Source: a virus (taxonomy: Duplodnaviria; Caudoviricetes). Taken from it: a DNA stretch of 32,261 bases. The position numbers and the translations under genes are program-made. Location: IMG/VR virus record IMGVR_UViG_3300049200_000026, positions 1 through 32,261 of that record; one strand, given 5' to 3'. Of this stretch, positions 10,109 to 19,419 are shown piece by piece (within the stretch, counting starts at the first letter, position 1; every line of letters begins with the position of its first letter). Below the pieces are notes generated by a model, which worked only from the letters and a program-made list of their open reading frames with translations, made no database searches and had not been told where the DNA came from.

Positions 10109-10324
10109 ATGCATATACCAGTTTTAAAAATAGTAGTACACAAGGCAGAGCAGGGAGACACTGTGTTCATTTTTACCTCAGTTAAATATCCAGATAAATT
10201 GGGGTACATACAGTTACAGATACCTTGCCCAATAGGTGAGGGAGAAAGGTGGGTACAGAAAGAACTTGGTACACCAAATTACGAAGTAGTGCCTGAAGGA
10301 TTTGAGGTAGTTGCACCACTTTAA
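10109..10324 (+). CDS. Hypothetical protein, 71 aa
   Basis: AAGGAG RBS; its stop codon lies inside the palindrome at 10320. Confidence 0.6.
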   Translation: MHIPVLKIVVHKAEQGDTVFIFTSVKYPDKLGYIQLQIPCPIGEGERWVQKELGTPNYEVVPEGFEVVAPL

Positions 10325-10345
10325 CCGGGTTAAAATGGAGGTAGT

Positions 10346-11812
10346 ATGGCCGAAGAACAGGATAGAATAAAACAAATACTTGCTGGAATATCTCAACCAG
10401 AACCACAGCAAGGTTTCTGGATGCGATTACTCCAAGCAGTACCTCAAGCATTAGCCGTAGGTGTATCTCAAGACCCCGGTGCTGCATTGCAGGACGTAAT
10501 AAAAACTAAATTCCAACAAGTCCAGATAGAGAAACAGAGAAGGCAGAGACTTAAAGAGTTAGGAGCTACTCTTGAGATAGAGGATTTATTGGAAAGAAGT
10601 AGAGAAAGTAGGAGAGAGGCTGCTGAAGGTAGAAGGTTTGAGAGAGAGACTACCCAAAGAGAAAAAGAGTTTAAAGCTGCCAGTAAAGAGCAAAGAAGTC
10701 AATTGATACTAAATAACAGGTTTCAGAAATCACGGGATCAGTTTCAAGCCAATGAAACTAGATTGCGTGATATAAGGCAGAATCAAGCTAGTAAAGATTT
10801 AACACAGTTACAAGCTAATGCCACAAGAGAGAATCAGTTTTTTGCTGAAGTAGCGAAAAATTCTATGGAAGCTATTATGAGCGGTGAGATGGATGCTGGT
10901 ACGGCAGTTGATTTGTATAGTCGTTTGGCTAACAAAGAACTACCTACCAAAGAAGATATAACAAAGATGAATAAAGCCATCAAATCACAGCAAGATAAGA
11001 TTCAAAGAATGGCTTTACAAAGAATAGGAGCGGAAGCACAAGCGAGGTTAAGTGCTAGCGGTAAGTCTCCAATGCAAGCAGCACAAGAGTTTGCATTTGA
11101 GTTTTCCCAAAAGACCCCTATGATATGGATTACAGATGTAGACGGTCAACAGAAACTTGTTAAAAGAGATGTTGATCCTCTTACTCAACAACCTGCGCTT
11201 ATTTCTGGCCAGAAGTTTGTACGTGAAGCTACTCCTTTGGAAGTTCAACAATATGCATTACAGACGTTTTCTCAGATGCAAGGATTTACTCAACAATCAG
11301 GCATGAATATACCGAATAGTCAAAATAAACTAGGTCATGCTGAAGGACTGGTAAGAGAAGCAGCAAAGACAAGACCGTTTGAACAAGTAAAGACTGATTT
11401 CTTAAAACCTGAAATATATCAAAAACTTCAACTTACTAAAGGTGAAGCTGATACTATCATTCAAAGAGTGCAAAGTGAGATGAAGGTTGAGCCAACAGTT
11501 ACACCTGAAGAAGGTTTGAGGACTAAACTTTCAGATATAGATGAAGAATTAAAATTTGCTGGCTCAAAGAGAAGACCGGAATTACAGAAACAAAGAGAAG
11601 AGATAAGAAAGCAATTAGAGCCATTTGCTGCAGAAGAAAAGAAAAGAGAAGACGTGAGGAAACTTGAGAAGATAGTTATAGGTCTTAGAAATCAAATCTC
11701 AGAAGCATTGACCGCCCCTATGGGTGGTGGAAAAAGAGTCAAGGCACTTCAAGATAAACTTGACGATGCCCTTGATCGTCTTGAGTTTGCTAAAAGCCAA
11801 TTAAAAAAATAG
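10346..11812 (+). CDS. Putative internal virion / ejection protein
   Basis: GGAGG RBS; coiled-coil-like Q/E/K/R-rich 488 aa; synteny. Confidence 0.6.
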   Translation: MAEEQDRIKQILAGISQPEPQQGFWMRLLQAVPQALAVGVSQDPGAALQDVIKTKFQQVQIEKQRRQRLKELGATLEIEDLLERSRESRREAAEGRRFERETTQREKEFKAASKEQRSQLILNNRFQKSRDQFQANETRLRDIRQNQASKDLTQLQANATRENQFFAEVAKNSMEAIMSGEMDAGTAVDLYSRLANKELPTKEDITKMNKAIKSQQDKIQRMALQRIGAEAQARLSASGKSPMQAAQEFAFEFSQKTPMIWITDVDGQQKLVKRDVDPLTQQPALISGQKFVREATPLEVQQYALQTFSQMQGFTQQSGMNIPNSQNKLGHAEGLVREAAKTRPFEQVKTDFLKPEIYQKLQLTKGEADTIIQRVQSEMKVEPTVTPEEGLRTKLSDIDEELKFAGSKRRPELQKQREEIRKQLEPFAAEEKKREDVRKLEKIVIGLRNQISEALTAPMGGGKRVKALQDKLDDALDRLEFAKSQLKK

Positions 11813-11830
11813 TTTTAACCGGGTTAAATT

Positions 11831-14800
11831 ATGCCAGATAATATCTTTGATGAACTCGTAAGGAGAAATCCGCCTCCTTCATCCGCTCCTATTGAGTCAG
11901 GTAATGTGTTTGAAGGGTTGCTAGCGAATAATCCTCCACCTATTACTACACCGACTCCCGGATTTGGTGGATCAATCGTGTCCTCACTCTCTCCTATCTT
12001 GGAGTTTATATCGCGTCCTCAATTTGCCTCAGCCGCTTTCTTTGACGGATTAGCGGATGAATCAAAAAGTATATTCGATGCTATATCTGACTCGTTCGGG
12101 GAGTTAGTTGATCCCAAACGAAAGTTGTCATTCTCTGATGTAATCAAGAGACGCGCCCCAGAGTTTGCAAAGAACAATCCTAAAGCTACTGCTGTATTGG
12201 GTTTTGCTTTAGATGTCGGTCTTGATCCTACATCCTATTTAGGAATAGGATTCGCTGGTAAAGGTGTAAAGATAGGGACACAGGTATTAACCAAGTACGG
12301 AACTACACTTAGAGCCGGAATGATAGCAAATGAAATAGCTAGCGCAAGAAGTGTTATTTCTGCCATTGGCAAGAACGTACAGAGAGATGCTCTTAGAGCC
12401 ACACAGAGAGGCATTTCTGCCACTGTTCAAGACCTATCACCGTTTAGGATAGGCAAAGAAGTGATTGCTTTATCGAAACAATATGCCGATGAATTGACTC
12501 AATTGGGAATACCTTTTGATAAGCAGTCTATCAGAAAATTAGCTTTCGATGAGTTAGGTATTAATGAAATACCATTGCCCAAGACATTAGGAACAAGACC
12601 ATTGAGAGCTAAAAAAGTAGCAGGAATGGTTAATAGTATTGTTGATGATATATCTTCTGAATTGAAACAAGCCGTTAAGATAGGTAAAGATTTACCACCA
12701 CCACTGCCTTTAGTAGCAGGGGCAGAAGTACCGGGAGCAGCAAAAGCCGTGAGAACCCCTGTATTCGGTACTAGAAGTCCATTGCCTAAGACTAGGAAGG
12801 GGCAGGATGTAACCAGAAAATCACAAATTCCAGAAAGAGGCTTTGAAAGTAGCACAGGGATAGTTGAGCAAAGATTTCCCGACCTTGAAGAGGTTCAATT
12901 ATTCGCCAAGTCTAAAGTTCTTAGTTCGTTGAGCAAATTTAAACCCGGTAAAAATGCATCTAAAGAGCAAATAGATAATCTTAATGCTCTTGTGGGCCAG
13001 ACTGTAAATTCATACGTTGAGACTGCAACTAATTTGGTTAGAAATGGACAATCTATAAGTAAGTTTACTAAAGAGTTTAAGAGTAGTTTACTGAATAGAC
13101 TCCAAAAAGAAACTACAGATAAGACTATTGAACGTCTACCTAAGACCAAGTTTGCTAAAGACTTCGAGGAAGAATTGCCTTTTGAAGCAGGGATGGATGA
13201 AGCTCTATTAACACCTGTTAAGACAGGTGGAATATCCGTTAAGGGAGCATTAGCAGCACGACCGCAAACTGTAATGCCACAAGGCGTTATACGCAAGTTG
13301 ACGATTGATGAGGTATACGAACACGTAGAGAAACGTATTCAAAGGATAGCTAATTTTGATCCAGCATTAGCTAAGAAGATATTCAAGGAACCAAAAACCA
13401 CTTTACAGTTAAGTGTCCCTTTTACTAAGGCTAGAGCGGATATACTGAATCTCACTGCCCTTGCCCCATTGAAACGTAGTATTGATTTCGTCACTAAACT
13501 TAATGATGCGGTAATTGGTAGTAACATACCTGTTATTTCCCAGACTGCTAAGTTTGCTAAGACAGCCGGAGAATTTACAGGAACGACTTTAACCGGGTTA
13601 AAAGAGACTGCTAAAGGTTTGTTTGTTAGACCATTAGATGGGCCTTTTGGTACTGTAATCAAGGAGTTTCAGAATCAATACGATTACATAGAAGGGCAGG
13701 TAATAAGAGAAACTAAAAAACTGTTTGACACTATCAGCAAGAACCCTCAAGCTAGAGAACGCATTACTAATCTTATGCGTGAGGTAGACGACAGGACACG
13801 TAAGATCGAGTTTATAGAAGACAGAACAATTACTCAAGCTGAAGCTGATAAGATATTCTACGAAGCTATGGAAAAAGCTAGAATATCGAAAGGTGGTAAG
13901 TTTAAAGATCGTGATCCTTACGGATTAACCAAAGAAGAAGTTTCTATCATTGCTGGTTTAAAACAGGAATATGCAAACATAGCTTCCCTAGAAATAGAAA
14001 GTAGTTTGCTGAAAACAGAAATAAAAAATTACCATCCCAGATACTATGATGCTTTAGAAGATGGTAAAGACATGATAGCTGTAAGCAAATACAAGTACGG
14101 ACTATCAACACAGCTTACATCGTCGCAACGACGGAAATACCTAACTATGGCTGAAGCGGAGTCTGCTGGTTTAATTCCTGAGATGGATGCGGCATTGATC
14201 TATGCTACAAGAGTCTCTTCAAGTCGTAGAGCATTAGCCAAGAAGCAATTCTTTGAGAGTTTATCTGAGGCATTAGGTGTTCAAATAAAAAATCAGAATG
14301 ATCTCCCCAAACTTTTAGGTCTTAAAGAAGGGAAGCGTTATCTTAATGATATAAAATTATTGGGAGAGTCTGTTTATCCAACTGGAATGAATACCAATGT
14401 CCAGAATTTAGTTAAGGCTATAGATCATATGAATGCTTTCTTTAGGAAAGGAGCAACGATTGCTAAGCCATCATTTGCTCCTAAGCAGTTAATCTCTAAC
14501 GCTGCACAAGCTATGTTAGAGCTAGGGCCGAAGGCTGCTAATACGTTTAATCCGATGGTATTAGTTGATGCTGCTGGATTATTGTTTGACTTTTATAGAG
14601 GTAAATCTTTAACTCAGGTTCCTAAGGCAGTGAACAATTACTTTGCTAAGCATCTTGGCGGCAATGCTGCCTTAGCTTCGAGAATGGTACTAAGTAACAT
14701 AGTAGGCGAGCAACAACTACTAGACTTTGCCAAAGACTTCAAGAGAATAACTGTCAATGGTACTGAATGGACTGGCACCGATCTAGTTAGAGTAATGCAG

Positions 14801-15988
14801 GAATTAAATGTGGTTCGCGGTGTTGATGCTGTAGGTAATACTTTCAAGAAAAATCTGGAACAAGCATTAAAGTTTGATCCAGATAATGCTAAGCAAGTAA
14901 CTCTAGAATTGGGTAAATACTGGAAACATCCTTCGATGGTGGAGGATTACAGCAGAGCTACTCAATTCATAAACTTCATTACTCAAGGCTACTCCCCAAA
15001 GCAAGCCACTGATAAAGTAAATGAAGTATTGTTCGATTACCAGCATGGTCTTGCATTCTTTGAAAGAAAGTTTGTTAGAAGGATACTTCCATTCTACACA
15101 TTTCCCAGATTTGCCATACCTTTTGTTTTACAAAAAACAATGGAAGTTCCAGGTAGAACTGCTATGTTTAATAAAGCAATAGGTCTAATGGAAAAGTTAC
15201 TAGTATCTTCAGAAGATACTTTGAATCCATCAGAAAGGGAAGTATTTGGAGATTCGTTTTATGTGGAACAACCTAGACTTTTTACAGGTTTCGATAAAGA
15301 TGGGGCAGCAAAGTTTAACATACTAAACAACATGACTCCGCTCGATGCGTTGTCTCTATTGGTCTATGACACTAAGACTAATAAGTTAGATGTTAAGAGA
15401 ACTGCTGAAAAAACTATATTAGCAGCGCTAACTCCTTATCTTAAAGTACCAATCGAAGTAGCATTCGACAAGAATTTCTTTACAGAACAGGTAGTGTCTG
15501 AAGGGCAGAAGTTTGGAAATCTTAGCAGAATACCACTACCTGAATGGGTAAAGGATGCTATTGGTTGGGAAGATAGGACTAATCTGAGGACTGGCAAGAC
15601 TTCAACCTATATCAATAGTTACTTCGGGTACTTCATGACATCTGTTATACCGGCTCTCAGGCAGTTCATTAACTTCGGAGATGTAGACAGATCGCTATTA
15701 GATAAATCAATGGAGATAGTTACAGGTGTTGTGCCTAGAGGGATAGACTTAAAAGAGACTAGACAATGGCAGGCATTATCAGACAGGAAGCAAGTAAGGG
15801 AGTTTGTAGGGAAGATCAGAACAGCTAGATTGAAGGGAGCGGATACGCTATTTGAACAATACATGTCTGAATACAAAGAATATCTTGAAGTAATTAAGCA
15901 AGGTAATGCCGCTAAGAACCAGAATGAAATTCGTGGATTAGGTATAGGTGGTCAAAGAACACAACAACTTGAACAAGAACAAAGGTAA
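11831..15988 (+). CDS. Large internal virion / ejection protein
   Basis: 1385 aa helical protein; LGFALDVGLDPTSY near the N-terminus and LFDY...RRILPFYTF C-terminal region typical of large podovirus internal proteins; last large virion gene. Confidence 0.65.
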   Translation: MPDNIFDELVRRNPPPSSAPIESGNVFEGLLANNPPPITTPTPGFGGSIVSSLSPILEFISRPQFASAAFFDGLADESKSIFDAISDSFGELVDPKRKLSFSDVIKRRAPEFAKNNPKATAVLGFALDVGLDPTSYLGIGFAGKGVKIGTQVLTKYGTTLRAGMIANEIASARSVISAIGKNVQRDALRATQRGISATVQDLSPFRIGKEVIALSKQYADELTQLGIPFDKQSIRKLAFDELGINEIPLPKTLGTRPLRAKKVAGMVNSIVDDISSELKQAVKIGKDLPPPLPLVAGAEVPGAAKAVRTPVFGTRSPLPKTRKGQDVTRKSQIPERGFESSTGIVEQRFPDLEEVQLFAKSKVLSSLSKFKPGKNASKEQIDNLNALVGQTVNSYVETATNLVRNGQSISKFTKEFKSSLLNRLQKETTDKTIERLPKTKFAKDFEEELPFEAGMDEALLTPVKTGGISVKGALAARPQTVMPQGVIRKLTIDEVYEHVEKRIQRIANFDPALAKKIFKEPKTTLQLSVPFTKARADILNLTALAPLKRSIDFVTKLNDAVIGSNIPVISQTAKFAKTAGEFTGTTLTGLKETAKGLFVRPLDGPFGTVIKEFQNQYDYIEGQVIRETKKLFDTISKNPQARERITNLMREVDDRTRKIEFIEDRTITQAEADKIFYEAMEKARISKGGKFKDRDPYGLTKEEVSIIAGLKQEYANIASLEIESSLLKTEIKNYHPRYYDALEDGKDMIAVSKYKYGLSTQLTSSQRRKYLTMAEAESAGLIPEMDAALIYATRVSSSRRALAKKQFFESLSEALGVQIKNQNDLPKLLGLKEGKRYLNDIKLLGESVYPTGMNTNVQNLVKAIDHMNAFFRKGATIAKPSFAPKQLISNAAQAMLELGPKAANTFNPMVLVDAAGLLFDFYRGKSLTQVPKAVNNYFAKHLGGNAALASRMVLSNIVGEQQLLDFAKDFKRITVNGTEWTGTDLVRVMQELNVVRGVDAVGNTFKKNLEQALKFDPDNAKQVTLELGKYWKHPSMVEDYSRATQFINFITQGYSPKQATDKVNEVLFDYQHGLAFFERKFVRRILPFYTFPRFAIPFVLQKTMEVPGRTAMFNKAIGLMEKLLVSSEDTLNPSEREVFGDSFYVEQPRLFTGFDKDGAAKFNILNNMTPLDALSLLVYDTKTNKLDVKRTAEKTILAALTPYLKVPIEVAFDKNFFTEQVVSEGQKFGNLSRIPLPEWVKDAIGWEDRTNLRTGKTSTYINSYFGYFMTSVIPALRQFINFGDVDRSLLDKSMEIVTGVVPRGIDLKETRQWQALSDRKQVREFVGKIRTARLKGADTLFEQYMSEYKEYLEVIKQGNAAKNQNEIRGLGIGGQRTQQLEQEQR

Positions 15989-16040
15989 TTTAACCCGGTT
16001 AAATAAGGATAAAAAAATATCTCCCCCAGAGGAGCTATAG

Positions 16041-16142
16041 ATGGATAGGCAGAAAAAAGAATCACTCAGCATAATATTAGGGATTTTGCTTTGTCTTATT
16101 TTTATCTTACTGGGAATATATCTCAGATTTCTAGACCAATAA
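16041..16142 (+). CDS. Small single-TM peptide, 33 aa (MDRQKKESLSIILGILLCLIFILLGIYLRFLDQ)
   Basis: Not in the ORF track; GAGGAG RBS at 16029; one hydrophobic helix. Confidence 0.65.
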   Translation: MDRQKKESLSIILGILLCLIFILLGIYLRFLDQ

Positions 16143-16161
16143 AGGAGCTATCCTGAAAAAT

Positions 16162-16401
16162 ATGGAATATAAGATAAATTTTACTCAAATTATTGGGGCT
16201 ATTTTACAAACTATAGGTTACATTGGTTCGCTCATTGTATTTGCTTGGGTAGTAGCAAGGCATGTTACTAAAATTGAGAGTAGAGTAGACAAGGCTTTAG
16301 ATAAAATAACTGAAACAAATATTAGAATGGAAAAAACTTTTGATAAGATAGACAGGACATTTGAAAGAATAGATGAGAAAATAGATAGAAGGGGTAGTTG
16401 A
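16162..16401 (+). CDS. Putative holin-like protein (TM plus coiled coil)
   Basis: AAGGAG RBS; N-terminal hydrophobic helix then KIESRVDK...ERIDEKIDR heptads; end of the late operon. Confidence 0.55.
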   Translation: MEYKINFTQIIGAILQTIGYIGSLIVFAWVVARHVTKIESRVDKALDKITETNIRMEKTFDKIDRTFERIDEKIDRRGS

Positions 16402-16426
16402 TCCACCCCTCCTATTTTTATTTTTT
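16385..16426 (+). terminator. Possible intrinsic terminator of the late operon
   Basis: AGGGGT...ACCCCT stem followed by T-rich tract at the convergence of the two arms. Confidence 0.4.
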
Positions 16427-16531
16427 ATTATTGGCCTTGATTCTTCATCCGTATTCCTATTGCAATAAGAATAGCAGAGATGGTTACACAGACTATTCCA
16501 ATATACAACAGACATTCAGGATTGAACTTGT

Positions 16532-16909
16532 CTAGTAATCCCATCCTTTAATACCCTCCTTTGCTTCTTTCTCTTCTTCAGTTTTATCGAATAGAGCGTC
16601 AACCATCTCTTCGTTACCACCAGTAACTTCTAATGCTAATGCTCTACCTTCTCTTTTGTACCACTCATTTGATTCTTCTTCTGTTGCATCGAATTCTCCA
16701 TCCTTAGCCATCTCTACTAAAGACGTTGCCCCGATTTCAGTTAAGTCTTTGATTAACTGAATGCATGGTGTAGGGAGAGGAGAATCATAATCAGAATAGT
16801 ATCCATCCTCGGCCTTCTTAATCATATCGTCTATTTTGTTTACGTCTTTGGGAGAAAATACTTTCCTATATTTCAGTAATGCTTGTGCTAATTTTTCTTT
16901 GCTGTTCAT
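16532..16909 (-). CDS. Hypothetical protein (start probably MNSKEK at 16909)
   Basis: Long ORF directly after the MazG-like gene and the palindrome at 16913. Confidence 0.6.
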   Translation of the reverse strand: MNSKEKLAQALLKYRKVFSPKDVNKIDDMIKKAEDGYYSDYDSPLPTPCIQLIKDLTEIGATSLVEMAKDGEFDATEEESNEWYKREGRALALEVTGGNEEMVDALFDKTEEEKEAKEGIKGWDY

Positions 16910-16922
16910 TGTTTTAACCTGG

Positions 16923-17378
16923 TTAAAGTTTGATGTTTGAGCCTCTCTTATCAGAGACTTCATTAAATTTGAGTATAACTTCTCGAGCTAAATCAATTTC
17001 AAGACTAGCGGCTAGTAAATCGAGGTATATTTGGATGTCGGCTATCTCCTTAGCCAAGTCTTTAATAGGTATATCTTCTCCCCTTCTTACTTTCTTGAGC
17101 AAGTTACACATTTCACCAACCTCTCCGGTTAGAGCAACTGCCCAATCAGCATGTGACCAATCTTCAAACTTGTGAAATACATCATTACATCTGGCAACGT
17201 TTGCTTCTCTTAATTCAGCAAAGGTTAAACTCAAATTTCTAATCATTGGATTTCTTGTTCGTTCAGTCAATTTTTCCATTCGTTTTCTCAATTCTGACTT
17301 TTTTAGGTCTGACATTGGATCACAATTAGGTTCTGTTTTCGGATCAAATAGTTCATCTAAGTTCGGATATTCAGGCAT
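16923..17378 (-). CDS. mazG: MazG-like nucleotide pyrophosphohydrolase
   Basis: GEVGEMCNLLKK...LAKEIADIQIYLDLLA matches the ExxE...ExxD all-alpha NTP-PPase motif. Confidence 0.85.
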   Translation of the reverse strand: MPEYPNLDELFDPKTEPNCDPMSDLKKSELRKRMEKLTERTRNPMIRNLSLTFAELREANVARCNDVFHKFEDWSHADWAVALTGEVGEMCNLLKKVRRGEDIPIKDLAKEIADIQIYLDLLAASLEIDLAREVILKFNEVSDKRGSNIKL

Positions 17379-17703
17379 AATGTTCCTTTCGCTGTTTAAA
17401 TGCTCTGTTCAATTGTTTGATAAACGAGCCATCGTCTATCGTTTTAGGATTGACTAGGATAACTAGCCAACCCTTTAACTGCGCTTCATTGATCTTCTTA
17501 CAATCACGGGTTTGCCCGGTTATACTATTATGACCGGACTTACCCATGAATGTGCCACCTTGATACTCAATGGCAATCTTATATTCAGGCCATGCATAAT
17601 CAAAGCGATAGTTCTTCATCATGAATGGATGTTCTATCATCGGGCTTCCCAGACCTTTGTTTAATATCTGGGATATCATTATCTCTTTGTAATCTTTCTT
17701 CAT
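17371..17703 (-). CDS. DUF559/Vsr-like PD-(D/E)XK endonuclease
   Basis: EHPF..YRFDYAWPEYKIAIEYQGG...GH...RDCKKINEAQLKGWLVI. Confidence 0.8.
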   Translation of the reverse strand: MKKDYKEIMISQILNKGLGSPMIEHPFMMKNYRFDYAWPEYKIAIEYQGGTFMGKSGHNSITGQTRDCKKINEAQLKGWLVILVNPKTIDDGSFIKQLNRAFKQRKEHYA

Positions 17704-17884
17704 CTTTTACTTCTCTATATAGTTGGGGAATAGGTTCGTTAGGTATATCCTCCATTTGTTTGCAGTTGAGTTTATATTCAAGATATGCATTGAACATTGG
17801 TAGCAATACGTGATAAGTAATCAGCCATGCTGTTATGCATATAGCTATTGTTACTGTTGCCCAATCTATTTTCATCTCACTCAT
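17600..17884 (-). CDS. Small membrane protein (start revised to 17884)
   Basis: MSEMKIDWATVTIAICITAWLITYHVLL TM helix; follows the palindrome at 17900; the 3' end overlaps the nuclease gene. Confidence 0.45.
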   Translation of the reverse strand: MSEMKIDWATVTIAICITAWLITYHVLLPMFNAYLEYKLNCKQMEDIPNEPIPQLYREVKDEERLQRDNDIPDIKQRSGKPDDRTSIHDEELSL

Positions 17885-17915
17885 TCCTTTCGTTCGGTTT
17901 TTAACCGGGTTAAAT

Positions 17916-18824
17916 TTACTTAGCTCCCCAACACCGTTCTTTGTAATCACAGAAACGACATTCAGAAGCGCCTTTAGTTTCATGTTCTTTCTCAATGTTA
18001 TACTTCTCAGGATCATCTTCCACAATAGCTCGATGTATCCTATAAAGAACATTGAGACGCCTATTGATATACTTGTCATTCCTGACAATTCTTATTGGTC
18101 TATGTATATCAGAACTATGTCTACTCTTTACTATGATGTAGAATACATCTAACATAGTAAATGTTCCCCAACACATATAGGCTTGAGTTTGACCGTACCA
18201 TATATCAGAGATTTCAGAGGTCTTGGCAATCTTTTTATATGTGTAATCCTTAACTGATTTAGTTTCAATCCCATATACTTTTTCAGCATTCATTTGAGGA
18301 TTAGCCACATATAATCCATCAAGATGGAGAATCATATTGAATACATGTTGGTATTCTTTCTTTTCATTTCCTTTCAATTCTCCATCTTTTCCAAATCTGA
18401 AATCATATTGCTCTACCTTTTCTCCCTTCTTTGGTTTCTTGTAGTAGACTTGTATCTCTTTCTGGTTTTGATCTTCATTGGCAAATGGTATTACCTCACA
18501 GTTACCACAAGCCAAGTTAGTAAAGATTTCTTTTTCATGAGCATGACCGTCAGATAAACCAGCGGCGGAATAACCTTTGATTATCTCTTCGCTGACACCG
18601 TTTATCATATTTAGGTATGTCTTTAACATACACGCCCCAAACTCTGAACCATGAAAGTGTATTCGTATTCCTTCAACACCTTCTTTCTTAGCCTTACGAC
18701 AAAGTGTGCATGGTTGGGAATTATTCTTCCTCCAATTAGCTCCGCGAGCATACCCTTTAAAGAGAGCATACGAAACTTCATCTTCTAAATCATTAAACTT
18801 TATTTTCATTATATACCTCCCCAT
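17916..18824 (-). CDS. Cas4-like / PD-(D/E)XK exonuclease (start may be 18809)
   Basis: HGSEFGAC, G..HE, HLDGL, GIETKS, YGQTQAYM and C-terminal CRFCDYKERCW Fe-S-type cluster. Confidence 0.8.
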   Translation of the reverse strand: MGRYIMKIKFNDLEDEVSYALFKGYARGANWRKNNSQPCTLCRKAKKEGVEGIRIHFHGSEFGACMLKTYLNMINGVSEEIIKGYSAAGLSDGHAHEKEIFTNLACGNCEVIPFANEDQNQKEIQVYYKKPKKGEKVEQYDFRFGKDGELKGNEKKEYQHVFNMILHLDGLYVANPQMNAEKVYGIETKSVKDYTYKKIAKTSEISDIWYGQTQAYMCWGTFTMLDVFYIIVKSRHSSDIHRPIRIVRNDKYINRRLNVLYRIHRAIVEDDPEKYNIEKEHETKGASECRFCDYKERCWGAK

Positions 18825-19371
18825 ATGCTTCGGTGTAGTATTCTTCGTAATGGTTAAGAATATCTTTTAGTTTACCTAGTCTTTCTTGCTGCTCATTTAT
18901 TTCTTTCTGTATCAACTTTTGTCTACTTACAACAGTATCCGTCTGCCTGCAATGGTGTCCATGTAGGTGTCTTAATGCCTGAAAGAACTCTATGAAATCT
19001 TTCTTCCTGACAGCCATGTATTGTTCACCCTTCCACATGGCTTCAAGAAAAACTTCCCAAGCATTTTGATCGTTAAACTCAAATTGATAGACACGTGTGT
19101 CCTCTATACCAAATGCCGAGTGAGGCACTTCGAGATTTATCTTATGGTCTTTTGTAACTATGATTCTACAATTATTTTTATCTCTTTCAGAAATGTAGAT
19201 TGCTTCCCTTGTCACATCTTCGTCTGTCATATAATCACCTTCCACGTAATAGCCTAAGTCATCAATGCTTATTCCTAGATCGTCTGTTCTTTTCATAGGG
19301 ATAATTCCTTTTTGGGAGTAGCCAATCTGAAAAAGTAAACCTATACTTCCCCAGATTGGCTTGTCTTTCAA
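18793..19371 (-). CDS. Hypothetical protein with C-terminal coiled coil (start uncertain)
   Basis: Long ORF in the replication operon. Confidence 0.55.
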   Translation of the reverse strand: MKDKPIWGSIGLLFQIGYSQKGIIPMKRTDDLGISIDDLGYYVEGDYMTDEDVTREAIYISERDKNNCRIIVTKDHKINLEVPHSAFGIEDTRVYQFEFNDQNAWEVFLEAMWKGEQYMAVRKKDFIEFFQALRHLHGHHCRQTDTVVSRQKLIQKEINEQQERLGKLKDILNHYEEYYTEAYGEVYNENKV

Positions 19372-19419
19372 TTAAACGTTTAGTTATTTTCTCTTTTAAC
19401 CGGGTTAAATTGTCTCTCG

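Noticed and set aside
342-15876. Many - strand ORFs under the virion genes, and + strand ORFs under the replication genes
   Set aside because: Shadow ORFs with Ser/Phe-rich composition mirroring acidic or basic sense genes, without RBS
16297-16515. 72-aa - strand ORF
   Set aside because: No RBS; overlaps the holin-like gene and the putative terminator
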